Assembly: GCF_016433145.1 (NCBI RefSeq) | Contig: NC_058135.1 | Coordinates: 285,300,911 to 285,364,777, forward strand | Source: Gracilinanus agilis | Lineage: Eukaryota | Reading direction: 5' to 3' | DNA length: 63,867 nucleotides | Shown: in pieces, positions 1-12,746 of the stretch | Position numbering within the stretch: the first letter of the stretch is position 1 | Layout: each line of letters starts with the position of its first letter | Made by a program: the position numbers and the translations under genes | Notes under the pieces: generated by a model | The model's input: the letters and a program-made list of their open reading frames with translations, nothing else | Database searches by the model: none | Told to the model about the DNA's origin: nothing

Positions 1-481
1 CAGTTAGTATTCAATAGGAAGTTGATCATCTCTGAATCTAACCAAATTGCTAAGGACAGCTATTCTCTCTTGATCCAAGAGTCGAGCCTCTTGGAATCCA
101 TTTATAGGGTTGAGGCAGAATCTAAGCAAGCAGGCAAGTGATGGACAGAGTCCTGGATCCAGGCCTGAATCGCACCCTGCTCTCTTCCTGGCTTCGCCTC
201 CTCAGGCATCATTTCATGGCTCTCCTGGAAAACGAAAGGGCTGGCCTAGAGAGCCTCTGAAAGCTCTTCCAGCTCTGGCCGGCCGCCCGGGATGGCCTCT
301 GGTGGCCTCTAGAATCTTCGGCCCCAGGACCTCCTCTGGCCTTACCCGGAACAGCCCAGCGTGTAGGGTGGAGAAGGGGCAGGCCTGTCCGCTCCTGCTG
401 GACTAGAGCTGGGAGATGCCCAGGAGGAAAAAGCTACCCTGAGGACCGGCTTTCTTCCAGGGGAGTGAATGCGAAGCTCTG

Positions 482-495
482 CTGCCCCCTGGTGG
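482..495 (-). promoter_or_regulatory. CTCF motif (CCACCAGGGGGCAG on - strand)
   Basis: Essentially perfect CTCF core consensus within a CpG-rich patch. Confidence 0.7.
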
Positions 496-870
496 ACAGC
501 CTGGAGGCGGCCAGCGAGCTTGGAATGGGAGGCGCCATGAGGGCGGGGGGCCAGGAAGCCTGGCTCGAGAAATAGCGTCCTGCTCATTATTTCCAAGGAG
601 AATCTCCATCGTCCTTTGAGGCTCCGCTCGAGCATCGCCCCTGCCGTTGTTTAGCTGACTGACAGAATGTGCGCTTCTTACCTTCCATCTTGGAGTCCAC
701 ACTGTACATTGTTTGCGAGGGCTAGGCAATGGGGTTGGTTAGGTGACTTGCCCAGGGTCACACAGCTGGCAGTATATGAGGTCATATTTGAACCCAGGAC
801 CTTCCATTTCTAGGCCTGGTTCTCCATCCACTGAGCCACCCAGCTGCCCTCCAAATGGATGCTTCTTCTT

Positions 871-1069
871 TTTTTTAAGCCCTTAACTTCCATCTTGGAG
901 TCAATACTGTGTATTGGCTCCAAAGCAGAAGAGCAGTAAGGGTGGGCCATGGGGGTCAAGTGACTTGCCCAGGGTCACACAGCTGGGAGGCGTCTGAGGC
1001 TGGATTTGAACCCAGGACCTCCCGTCTCTAGGCCTGGCTCTCCATCCACTGAGCCACCCAGCTGCCCTC
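871..1069 (-). mobile_element. Young opossum-type tRNA-derived SINE (SINE1_Mdo-like) with TSD CCAAATGGATGCTTC
   Basis: Family consensus GGGGCAGCTGGGTAGCTCAGTGG...TAAGGGTT(A)n. Further copies at about 1557+, 2095-, 2680-, 6171+, 6750+, 9585+, 13420+, 26790-, 31655+, 41560+, 45920-, 47460-, 47880-, 50612-, 54110-, 54325-, 59818-, 60588-. Confidence 0.92.
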
Positions 1070-3828
1070 CAAATGGATGCTTCCTGAAGGAAGGGATGAT
1101 TTCCTAGCTGTGCTCAGAGCCGAGCACAACCCCGACTTAGGGCCAGCGATGGGTTCCAGACTTGTCTTTTCACTGGGATACAGAACTACCAAGTGAGGAA
1201 ACTTCTTTGTCTGGTGGGGGTCACAACCTTCCCTGCAACCCAGTGCCTTAGTGAGCTACCAGAGAACAGAGAGGTTGAATGATTTACCTGGGGTCACACA
1301 GCCCGAGGCAGGAAGACCCAGGGCTTTCTTTCTTCCTGGCCAGCTCTCTCTCCACTAAGTCAAACTGCCCTTGCAATGGCCCTGGAATCAGTGCTTAATT
1401 GACTGATATTCCCCATCTAATGAGCCCTTCCTGGCTGCATTTCCCATTTTAAGGAAATTGAACTCCATTCCACAAATGTGTATGAAGCTCCTACTACAAA
1501 TCAGGGCCCTGGAAGAGCTACATCTAATGCCACATGCAGAAATACATGTGATCGGAGCAGCTGGGTAGCTCAGTGGATGGAGAGCCAGGCCTAGAGATGG
1601 GAGGTCCTGGGTTCAAATCCGGCCTCAGACACTTCCTAGCTGGGTGACCCTGGGCAAGTCACTTGACCCCCATGGCCCACCCTTACCAATCTTCCACCTA
1701 TGAGACAATACACCGAAGTACAAGGGTTAAAAAAAAAAAGAAATACATGTGATCCAAGGCAGAATGTGATAAGGGCCAAGGAGAAAATTGGCGTGGTCCA
1801 TCCACCTCCAGTGGAGGGATTCAAGACCTTCCCTTCCAGGAGGTGACATCTGACAGGGCCCTGAATGATATCGATCTTCAAAAATAGGAGGGGAGGGGGT
1901 TGACTCTAGGCCTCATGGGGGTTGACCGGCTCTCTGTGTACCACAATAAAGAATGACCAGCTGGGAGACAGGGGGCTCATCCCTGCAGAGCTTAAGCTCC
2001 TTGATAATAATTTGTTGTTGTTGTTTACTCCATTCAGTTGTTTTCAACTCTCCATGACTCTATTTGGAATTTTCTTTTCTTTTTTCTTTTTTAATTTTTT
2101 TTAAACCCTTGTACTTCGGTGTATTGTCTCATAGGTGGAAGAGTGGTAAGGGTGGGCAATGGGGATCAAGTGACTTGCCCAGGGTCACACAGCTGGGAAG
2201 TGTCTGAGGCCGGATTTGAACCTAGGACCTTCCTTCTCTAGGCCTGACTCTCAATCCACTGAGCTACCCAGCTGCCCCTATTTGGGATTTTCTTGCCAAA
2301 GACACGGAATCAACCTGAATTGTTGATTCCTGGCGGCCACACTTTAAATATGTACCTATAAATACCTAAATTTTCCCTCTTACACCACTTCCTTACCTAC
2401 CTCGTTTTATAGATGAGGAAACTGAGGCAGACAGCAGTGAAGGGCCCAGAGTCATATATTTAACAGGTATTCAAGGCTGGATTTGAATTTCTAACTCCTG
2501 GCTTGGAGCTTTATGCCCTGGGCCACCTAGCTGCCTCCAGGAAAGGCTTGGAAAGTTGAATATGGGATTATTTTTATTGCACTTATCATATATTTAATTT
2601 CTTTTTCTATTTCATTTTTAATTTATGATTTCCATTCTACTTAAGCAATGCTAAACACCTTAAGCATGAATTAATGGTCTTTTTTTTTTTTTTTAACGCT
2701 TGTACTTCGGTGTATTGTCTCCAAGGCAGAAGAGTGGTAAGGGTGGGCCATGGGGGTCAAGTGACTTGCCCAGGGTCACACAGCTGGGAAGTGTCTGAGG
2801 CCGGGTTTGAACCCAGGACCTCCCATCTCTAGGCCTGACTCTCCATCCACTGAGCTACCCAGCTGCCCCCAAGCATGAATTAAGATAGGATTTGGAATCA
2901 GATCTGGGTCCCCATAAGCAACATTTACTAGTTGTTAGAGCCTAGAATTTCACGCACAAGCTTTAGTTTCCTCATCTGTGTAATAAGGAGGAAGTGTATG
3001 TTTATGTTGTGTTATGTATATCCACATGAGTGTGTCTAGACGCGGCTCCCAGGGAGGCAAGAAGAGACATTTCTAGACTTTTCTCCCCCAACTCTGCTCC
3101 AAGGGAGACTTTCATTCCTGCCAGGAGGGAAGCAGGAATTAGGGCCAGAGGCCCAGCCATAAAGGGACCTGGGTCAGAATCGCATCTGGCTACTCCTTTA
3201 AGTAGTGTTCATGTAGGGAATCTCCTGATTTCTATTTTTTAGTGGGAAAGGAGGGTCCACAGGGCTCAATTTCCAAGGCTTGGCTGCCTTCGCTGCAAGT
3301 ACCATTTCCATGATAAACACTCAGAGCAAATAGCAAGAAACCCATTTATCCAAGGGGATAGCAAGGCAGAAAGCAGATCAAGTCTACGTAGGGTAGCAGA
3401 GGCCAGACACTCCATTTTGAGGGGTCTCTCCCATCGGGAAAAAGATATTTCAACTCAACCAGGCAGGAGGAAGGGAGGGGGGAAGAGAGACAGAGTCGGA
3501 GAGCTCCAGATCTCACCCAAAGGAGAAATTCCCGGGAGTTTCTTGGAGAGGGAGCTGTGGGTAGAAATATGATGAAAATTTCCAGGTCCTTCCATGCCAG
3601 CCTCTTCCCCAGTCTTTCTCTCCTTTCCTTAACCTGAAGAGAGGTTGAAATCACTATTTTCTTTCTCCAAGCTGGAGGCTAAAAAGAAAGCCAGGATCTC
3701 TCCCTTCTTCCTCTCTTACCAACTCTACCCAGTCCCTGACACAGACATGAAGAGAATCCCATGCAAACTGGCCCTTGGAGCCAAGATGGCACCTGTAAAA
3801 TGGGGATATTATAATCTTTAAGGGGCAG

Positions 3829-4050
3829 CTAGGTGGCATAGTGGATAGAGTGGCAGGCACAGAGACAAGAAGACCTGAGTTCCAATCCAGCCTCAGATTC
3901 TTCCTAGCTAGGTGACCCTGAGCAAGTCTGCCTGTTTCATCTGTAAAATGAGCTGGAGAAGGAAACGAGAAGCCACTCCAATGTCTTTGCCAAGAAAACC
4001 CCAAATGGGGTCTCGGAAGAGTTGAACGCAACTGAAACAACTGCACGACA
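3829..4050 (+). mobile_element. MIR/Ther/MAR1-type CORE-SINE (other copies at about 13850, 15900, 29005, 54800, 60975)
   Basis: CORE sequence CCTCAGTTTCCTCATCTGTAAAATGAG and MAR1-type tail GGAAATGGCAAACCAC-like. Confidence 0.75.
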
Positions 4051-4713
4051 ACATCATCTTTGTGGAGTTATAATAGTAAGAATAGTTAACATTCTTCTAG
4101 GACTTCCAAGGTTTGCCAAGCATTTTACCAATATCTCATTCTATCCATATAACCACCTTGTGAGGTCGATGCTATTATTATCCCTATTTTACAGATGAAG
4201 AAATTGAGGAAGACAGAGGTTAAGGGACTTGCCCAGGATCACACAACTACTAGGTGGTCCAGTTTTCTCTCATCTCCAAGGCCCAGCACTCTCTTTCCTA
4301 TTATGTATCTTCTCTCTTCAGTTGTAAGCAGCAGAATCAGGACCCAAGTTCCAGATGTAACTCCCAGAGCACTTGGAGTGGTTATTCTGACTCCAAATAG
4401 ACCATTTAGTTTAGTGGAAATAATGGAGTCAGGGAGGACTTGGTAGGATGCTGGATCTTTGCTCCAACAACTACTAATTGACTTTGGGCAAGTCACCTCT
4501 GAGCCACAGTTTCTTCATTTGTAGAATGGGTATCACAATCGTTACAGCTACCTCCCTACAGAATTATAAAGAAAAAAAACTCGGAAGACCTTCAATGACC
4601 AATTCTGGTCCATTAAGTACCTCTGCCATTATTGTTAGTGGCTTCCTTTTTCCTCTGTTATAAAATGAGGGGGTTGGATAAAAATGCCTCTAAAGTCCCT
4701 TTTGGTTCAAAAT

Positions 4714-4924
4714 CAGGGGTTCTTAACTAATGTTGTGTCATAAACATCTTTGACAGTCTGGGGAGACCTTTGGCCCCTTCCTCAAAATAATTCCTTTAAA
4801 ATTCATAATTATAAGAAATGCTACATTTCAGTCAGAGGTCAGTGAAAATAATGATGTCATTTTCTTCCTCTCCAAGTCCAAGATCTCCCGAGACCTATCC
4901 ACAGGTTCCCTGTTAAGGACTCTG
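4714..4924. mobile_element. MER5-like hAT-Charlie MITE
   Basis: CAGGGGTTCTTAAC ... GTTAAGGACTCTG terminal inverted repeats, about 210 bp. Confidence 0.7.
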
Positions 4925-5806
4925 GGTGTAGATCAATGGTCCTCTGAACCAGAGTGATGAAGGGATTTGGCAGAGGTTGGCTCACACAGGGAACAAGGGG
5001 CAGAGTCAAGATTCAAATCCAGAGCCCTTTCGCTTGTATCAGGCTTGTCCTTTAAGGCACTGGCAGCAGCCCAACATTCCAGTCCCTTCTGGAACACCAG
5101 TACCAGCTGGCATTCCCGCAGTTCTCAAAGGTTTGCCAGGCACTCTACAAGTATCTCATTGAATCCCACCAGGGCCCTCGGAGAGAGGTCTATTATGATC
5201 TCCATTTTATACCTGAGGGTGAATACCTCCATGTCCAACTTTTTATCCTGTATAAAATGGGGGAAATTCCAACAGCACCAAATAGATGGAAAGCATTTTC
5301 TCCCCAAATCTAAAGCTCTACATAAACATCAGCTGCCAGTTATTCAAAGCCGTTGTCCAGAAATAGGCCTGAAAAGGGGTGGCTGGGTTGGTCAGTGAGA
5401 TCCTAGCGATGACATGGGGTTAACAACAGGAGATTCGAATTGGGATTCCTCGCTTCGGTGGCTTCCCACCTAATAGTCTGGGCTGCTTAGGTGGTAAAGA
5501 AGATAGAGCCCTGGACTTGGAATCATCTTCCTGAATTCAAATCTGGCCTGGGACAGATTCTATACCCCAGAGATGGGGGAAAGGACCCCTAAGTCCAATA
5601 TTTAGGGCAGATCTTTTTTTGGTGGCAAAGATTTGGAAGCTGAGGAAGGGCTGCCCATGGATTGGAGAATGGTGGTGGCACAGAATGGTCATGGAATACT
5701 CTTGTGCTGTAAGGAACAATGGACAGGGTTGAAGTGAACAGAACGACACATACACTTAGAGCAATATTATTGTAGATAATCCACTTTGAACTGTTGAGGG
5801 TGTCTA

Positions 5807-6514
5807 CATGGAGTCTAGAAGCCCCCAAACTTGTAGCCTAGATTTAATGAACCCCAGTTTACTCAGCTTAAAGGTGAAAGCCCCAGGTTTGACATTGTCA
5901 CAGAAGAGTTCCTCCCTGAGGGAAAGTCCAACTTCACTTGTCTCAGGCTAATAGTAGACCTTATTTTGAGCTTGAGTGGGGACGACCATTCCCATCAGGG
6001 CCAAGCCCAAGCTGAGTGACTATAGCGCAGTAGGCAGCATGCCAATATGGTAAGGGAGGTCAATCCTCGGAAGGAGAGGCTTCTGGAGTCCAGGAAGAGT
6101 CACTGGGCTTGGGCTTGGCCCTGATGGGAATGGGCATCCCCACTCAAGCTCAAATAAAATCTATTGTCGGAGGGGCAGCTGGGTAGCTCAGTGGAGTGAG
6201 AGTCAGGCCTAGAGACAGGAGGTCCTAGGTTCAAACCCGGCCTCAGCCACTTCCCAGCTGTGTGACCCTGGGCAAGTCACTTGACCCCCATTGCCCACCC
6301 TTACCAATCTTCTGCCTTGGAGCCAATACACCGAAGTACAAGGGTTAAAAAAAAAAAAATCTATTGTCGGTCTGAGACTAGTGAGGTTAGCCTCTCCCTC
6401 CGGGAGGAACTCTCGTGGGACAAGGTCAAACCTGGGGCTTTCCCCTTTAAGCTGAGTAAACTGGGCTTCATTAAATCTTTCTAGGCTACAAGTCTGGGGG
6501 CTTCTTGATCCATG
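5807..6514. repeat. Long imperfect palindrome (about 215-bp arms, 76-bp spacer), right arm interrupted by a SINE
   Basis: 5807-6021 is the reverse complement of 6098-6514 once SINE 6171-6355 (TSD AAAATCTATTGTCGG) is removed; roughly 85% identical by eye. Confidence 0.85.
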
Positions 6515-7279
6515 CAATGCCCCACCCTCTCCCCAAAGAGCTCCAGATTCTCTATGGAAACCCCCAGCCCCCACTGAGGGCCAACCCAAAGGATTTTTAT
6601 TCAAGCAGTCCAGGCTGGAATTGGATTTGTTGGAACAAACATGTTTTTAACTAATGGGGGTTTGGGTTTTCTTTCTTTGTCAGTACAAGGTGGGAGGAAG
6701 ACATAAATCTGGGCCAAAATAACATTTCAGATTAAAACCAAACCACTGGGGTAGCTGGGTAGCTCAGTGGAGTGAGAGTCAGGCCTAGAGACGGGAGGTC
6801 CCGGGTTCAAATATGGCCTCAGCCACTTCCCAGCTGTGTGACCCTGGGCAAGTCACTTGACCCCCATTGCCTACCCTTACCTCTCTTCCACCTATAAGTC
6901 AATACACAGAAGTTAAGGGTTTAAAATAAAAAAAAAGAAAAAAGAAAAAAAACCAAACCACTACCGCCTGGGTGATCTTTGGTTGCCTCCGAGCCTCGGT
7001 TTCCCAATCTGTAAAAGGAGGCTCTACATCTGGGAGGCTGTAGCTCTCTCTTCCTACCCATTAGCATTCCCCTTCCTGCCCAGCATTGGAGGAAGAGTCT
7101 GTTTCTGCCTTGGCCTTCTGTTTTCCTATCTGTAAAATGGGGGAGGTGGGGGGCGGCCGAAATGGGCGCAATGGGGTCTAAGGAATCCCCCGATCCCCCA
7201 TGAACCTCTCCAGGGGCTCTAGCGATCCCGAGGCAGGGAGCTGGAAGGTCACTGGGAAATTGAAGCCAGGCTAAGTCAT

Positions 7280-7760
7280 ACAGCAGGTAACGTCCCTGGC
7301 GGGACTCGAGAGCCCGGGCTCCGCCTCCGAAAGTAGGAGGGTTCCGTCCAGGACCTGCGCCGCACAGCCCGGACTTGGGCATGGGGGTTGGGCCAGCGGA
7401 CTAGTCCGTACCAAGATGGCGCCTGGGTCTGGCTGCGCCTGCGTAGCGAGCGCTGTCCAAGAATCCCCACACTGCGCATGCGCCTCCGCCTAGCCCAGCC
7501 CGCCCCCACGAGCCATGCCCCCTCCTAGCCTAGGATGTTTATAGTTGGTGCGAGCGGAAGCCTGGTGTGGAAAAGAGATGGCGATGGCCTTAGCGGAAGT
7601 TGTGTGTCTAGAGGGGCCCGTCCGGGTTGTGATGGGGCCCTTCTGCTCCTTCCGCTCGACTTCTCGGAGGACCCACGGCTTTTATGTAGGAGCTCTTAGA
7701 GTACTTGCTATCTGCAGTGCGCTGCCGGGCTTCTGGGAACGCAAGTCTGAAACGGAGAAA
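7280..7760. promoter_or_regulatory. Orphan CpG-island promoter (NRF1, YY1 x2, ETS/GABP x2, GC boxes)
   Basis: CAAGATGGCG 7412-7421, TGCGCATGCGC 7473-7483, GCGGAAG 7554-7560, AGATGGCG 7576-7583, GCGGAAGT 7593-7600; CpG dense. Confidence 0.75.
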
Positions 7761-10058
7761 AAGGCCTGAATATGGAAGCTGAGGCTCTGGGTGTGAATTT
7801 TGACCCTATTGCTGTGTGACCTTTGGCAGGTTGCTCACCCTCTCTGGCCTTGGCTGTGGATGACCCCTCCCAAATCCCCTTCCCGCCCCTGGCCTTTGAA
7901 CCAGCCCTTCTGTGAACCATGGAGGGGCAATATGCATTTATTGGGTGCCAGCTGTATGCAGGGCCCATAGCTGAGAACTGTGGATAAAGAGACAGCCCCT
8001 GCCCTCAAGGAGCTTCCAGTCTAATGGGGAGACAACAGGCAAACCCAAACAAATCAAACTCTCCGCCAGATAACTAGGAAATCATTAGAAGAGGCAAAGC
8101 ACTGGAACTAACTCTGGTTGAATCTCTTCCTGCATAAATAAGTCAGCCTCTCCACCCTTCAGTTTCCCCATCTGTAATGTGGGGTTGTGCATCCTCATAT
8201 TTCCTGCCTCTTGGGAGGAAAGAACTTGGCTACCCCTAAAGAGTCCTTGGACAGTGGGAGCCAGTGTCCAGGCAGGAGCTTCAGCCATTCAGAGTGAGAA
8301 TTAGAGGGAGCTGACCCGGCCAGAGCTCTGGTGATTTCATCTCTTTGTAGGCCTCCTGGGTTCTCACACACTTTTGGCCTGTGGATCCCATTTATACGCT
8401 TGAAATTCACCGAGGACCCCAAAGAGCTTTTGTTTGTTAGAAAATCAATTTATTATATATTATTTCTTAGAAATCAAAGCAGCATAGCTTTATTGTGAAA
8501 ATAGTTCTGACCTTGTGGACCCCCTAAAACGGTCTTAGGGACCCTCAAGGGTCTCCCACTAGAGAACTTTCCAGAGGAACTGGAGACGAGAAGGAAACCC
8601 ACCTCCCATTCTGGATGCAGCCTTTTCTACAACACACCCCAATATTGTCTGGAGGCAGCCTTGAGAGCTCAGAGGTTAAGAGGTGCCCAGGGGGATGACC
8701 GGGTTGCACTGGTGCTTTAGGAAGGCCTACTGGTGGGAGCCCAAGTGCTGGGAAGTGACCTGACTCCACAGTCAATGTGAACCACCTCAAGCAACTGGAA
8801 AGAACAAAAGAAGCTCCAACTATCCCCTAGGAAAATGTGCCCTTGTCCTGGGACCATCCCTGGCACCATGCCTTCTTAGTTAGGTTTCTGTAGGATACCA
8901 GATCCCGCCTGAGGGCAGCTGTGGGGAGGACCGGACTGGCTTTGTTTGTAAACTCTCTCCTAACTCTCACTTCTCTAGAGAGAGCCCTTCTTGGGAATTG
9001 TCTTAGATCAGGGTTGGGGAAGACCTTGGCTCTCCAGGAGTTGCTAACTCTCTTCCCAACACCTGAGGACATTTTTTTGCAAGTTGCACCCTCTTTCCAG
9101 CTGCCCAAAGCAAGCACTTTCTTCCTCAGCTGCCTTTGGTAATCTGGGGGTTTACAGACAGCATTCATTTGCCTCTGGGAACTCAATTTAGAATTTTACC
9201 TCCTAAGGTAGATCATTGCATTGCTGAGAATACATCACAGCTGAGTATCATACCGTATGGCTGTTATCTTGTACAATGTTCTTCTGGTTCTTCTCTCTTC
9301 ATTTTGCATCATCAGTCCCTGTTAACACCTTCCAAGTTTTTCTGAACTCATTCTCATCATCATTTCTTAAAGCACAAGACTATTCTATAGCAATCACATA
9401 CCATAATTTGTTCAGCCGTTCCCCAGTGGATGAACATCCCTGCAATTTCCAATTCTTTGTCACCACAAAAAGAGCTGCTATTGGTATTTTTGTACATATA
9501 GATCCTTTTACTTCAAGAAAAAAAATCTCTTTGGGAAACAGACCTACTAGTGGTATTGCTGGTTCAAAAGGGATAGAATTTTGGGGCAGCTGGGTAGCTG
9601 AGTGGTTTGAGAGGCAGCCCTAGAGACAGGTGGTCCTAGGTTCAAATCTGGCAGCTGGGTGACCCTGGGCAAGTCACTTGACCCCCATTGCCTAGCCCTT
9701 ACCACTCTTCTGTCTTGGAACCAATACACAGTATTGACTCCAAGACAGAAGGTAAGGGTTTAAAAAAAGGGGGGGGGGAGATAAAGTTTTATAGCCATTT
9801 GAATCATAGTTCCAGAATGGTTGGATCAGATCACAACTACACTAAAGAGTTCATTGATGTCTCAGTTTTCCCACATCCCAATTTTTCATTTTCTTTCCTG
9901 TCATATTCACAGATGTGAGGGATACCCCCAGAGTTGTTTTAATTTGCATTTTTCTGGTCATTAGTGATTTAGAACATTTTTATAGGACTGATTTCTTCAT
10001 CTGAAAGCTGCCTGTTTATGTCTTTTAACCATTTATCAACTGGGGAATGACTTAAACT

Positions 10059-10527
10059 TGTCAACTGTGTTTTTGGAAACCCCAGGTTTGCCCCTTCCTG
10101 CCAAGGGAACTTGCCTTAAGGGAAGTCTCAGACTGACCTTGTTTTAGACTGAAGAATGGACCACCGAACATCCATTAAGTATCCTGAACAGGAGTGACAG
10201 AAATACCCCAAACCTCAATCACCCTTTTTGTCTTAGAAGTTTCCCCCATTGTATCAGAGATCCTTTCCCAGGTGGACCAGTACCTGGCTATAATCATCTT
10301 TTTGTATCCATTGTAAAGCATTAGTCTCTCCCTGATGATCTAGCCCTGGACTCCACATTTCCTCATGTCCATTGTAAATTGAATAAATCAAAACCTCCTG
10401 TTCTTTATTCCCCCAAAAGGCATATAAGACCCCCAGGTTCTATTGCTCTTTGGAAAATCATCTTTGGTGGTATGTTTCCCAGAGACACTGTTCCCAGAGT
10501 CCCAGAGCTTTGGTTCTGTATGGCTGC
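10059..10527. mobile_element. Older LTR-like fragment inserted in L1, cut by the younger ERV
   Basis: Starts with TGT, interrupts L1 3' sequence, contains AATAAA and TATAA motifs. Confidence 0.55.
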
Positions 10528-12220
10528 TGTAAGAGGGAAATTTTAGGTTTTTATAGATATATATTTAAAGTGTGGCCACCAGGAATCAACAATTCAGATT
10601 GATTCCATAATTAAATTAGACCCAAGTCAGGACTGGGTTTAAGGTAGTTTATTTACAGTTAGGAGGGAAAAAGGTAGGGAAATAGAGTGAGGGAGAGTGC
10701 AGGCCTGGACGGAGAGAGAAGGTTAGAAGGCTAAATAAATGAGGCTACAAGCCACAAGGCCCAGCAACCAGATAGGCTAATGCCTACTTAAGGCAGAATT
10801 TGGAAGAGGCCTAGGTAGGCCAAGGAAGTCAGCCTAACTTACCCACGTGACAATACAGAGTAGAAGCTGCCTGAGGTCTCCTCCGAGATCCCTCAGCACC
10901 AAGTTCAAATCGGGAACTCCCTCAACAGGAAGTTACCAACATACTTAAAGAGAGATAGTGTCTCTCATCACTCCCTGGGGGTCCACCTCTAATTCAAGTG
11001 GACAAATGGCAGCCTCTATACTGATTTGGACTGCCCAAAGGGCCGTCCCTTGTTCTTGATTTGTTACTTAATGTCATGTGTGGGTAACTCATCTCCCTCC
11101 CCACTAAGGGAGGTGGGAATGACATCATCTTGAGTAGGTAGAGTTTTGGCTATGAATGGACTAGAGCTAATTCTATTTACACAATCCCCCCTGACGATCA
11201 TTGGGTGCCTAGTCACCCCACGTGATCATTTTGCATTATCACCTTATACTCTCACAAAGGTCTTCTAACTACAATAGTTAGAGGTAGGAGGGAAATGGAA
11301 AAGAGAGAAAGCAAAACCAATGTTTTGCTAAGCACATCGACAAGAAACCAATTGGCATAACATGTACAATTAAAGTAGCTGTTCAAAACCTATCAGTCCA
11401 TTCATTTATACCCAAAGTTCATTCTGGATCGCTCGATGCAACAAACTCCATCAGTTCAATCAATTGTAACCCAAAGTTCATTCTGGATCTCTTGACTAAA
11501 TGTAGGTTCTTCAGGCATCTCTCTGCAAACAGTTCATTCTCTGGATTAAGGAATCAGCAAGTTTCTTTCCCTGAGAATTTTTCTCAAACAAAATCAAAAA
11601 ATTTAATCTTGGATATAATAAAAATATAATTAAATCTTGGATTTTATAAAAATACAATCCCCCCTGACGTGGGTATTTAGAAATACCCAGATCAGCTCAA
11701 GATATATAATTGAGTCATGGGGTTGTATGAGTAAATTCAAAAGAAACAACAAAAGTATATAAAAAATCAAATAGAAGAAAATTAAAACTTTGGAAAAAGA
11801 AAACATTAAAATCAAAATCAAAATGTCAAAAGCTACGTAGATAAAACTTTTGAATAAACAAAAATAAATTTATAACAGGCCCTTGTATTAGGGTCCAATT
11901 TATATAATTCCCATCCTACTAGTCTGTAGGACACAATGCAGTAATACTGCACTTACCCATTTGCAGCTAAGACTACAGGAAGTTGCCATTCTATAAGAGA
12001 GAAAAAAGGACCAGATTATATGCAAGGGAAGTGCCTGTCATTCCCTTCATTCTCAGGAATATATGGGTGAGCCAGATGAGAGCCAACCTGCGCTACCTGA
12101 CTGGCAGTGTAGTTCGAAGAGTCCTATGTCTTAACATATGTCAAGCGTCGCAACTTCGATTCTTACACTGAGTTCAAGTCCTTGGTGTTGGCGTGGGAGT
12201 ACCTCAATCCCACCTGGAGG
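10528..12220 (-). mobile_element. Truncated ERV: 3' LTR (10528-11183) plus PPT and internal fragment
   Basis: TG...CA termini. On the - strand the PPT AGGGGGGAT abuts TGT. Related to the solo LTR at 63073-63713. Confidence 0.8.
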
Positions 12221-12746
12221 AGGAGGAAGGAAGGGAAGCAGGAAGTCAGGCCAAAGGGATTTCCTCCTTCCACTCAAGGTTTCCCACTACTCCATCACTT
12301 CTCCTCTCCTCCAAGTGTCTTCTGCAACAAACTCTGCCAAAGGGCACGTACCCCATATGAGTTGAGCCTCTCACACCCAAAACAAAGTCATCTAACTAGA
12401 TTGAAAGAATTGAGGACAATGAGGGTTACAACCCTCATTGGCAGGGTTAAGCAAAGGAGAGGGAAGAAGTGGACTTCAAAGAAACCCTTAACAAGAAACT
12501 TTTGAGGTGTGGCTCAGAGGAAAAGTCCCTGGATCTGGAATCAAGGGTCTGGGTTCAAATTCCAGCCCCAACACATGCTGTATAAACCTGTATCAATCAC
12601 TGAAACTGAGATTAGATGAGACCTCTAAGGTCCAGGGAACACAAAATAACTTTGGAGAGTGTCTTGTGTTCCCACCCTGACATGGCACAGTGGAGAGGAG
12701 GGAGGGCACTGGACCTGGGGTCAGAAAGCCCTGGATTCAAATCTCA
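12221..12746 (-). repeat. Inverted duplicate of INCENP intron 1 segment 15981-16496
   Basis: Reverse-complement match over about 520 bp, roughly 95% by eye, with one insertion of about 13 nt. Confidence 0.92.

Noticed and set aside
1557-1745. tRNA-like A/B-box sequences
   Set aside because: SINE heads, not tRNA genes. Their periodic recurrence is not a CRISPR array.
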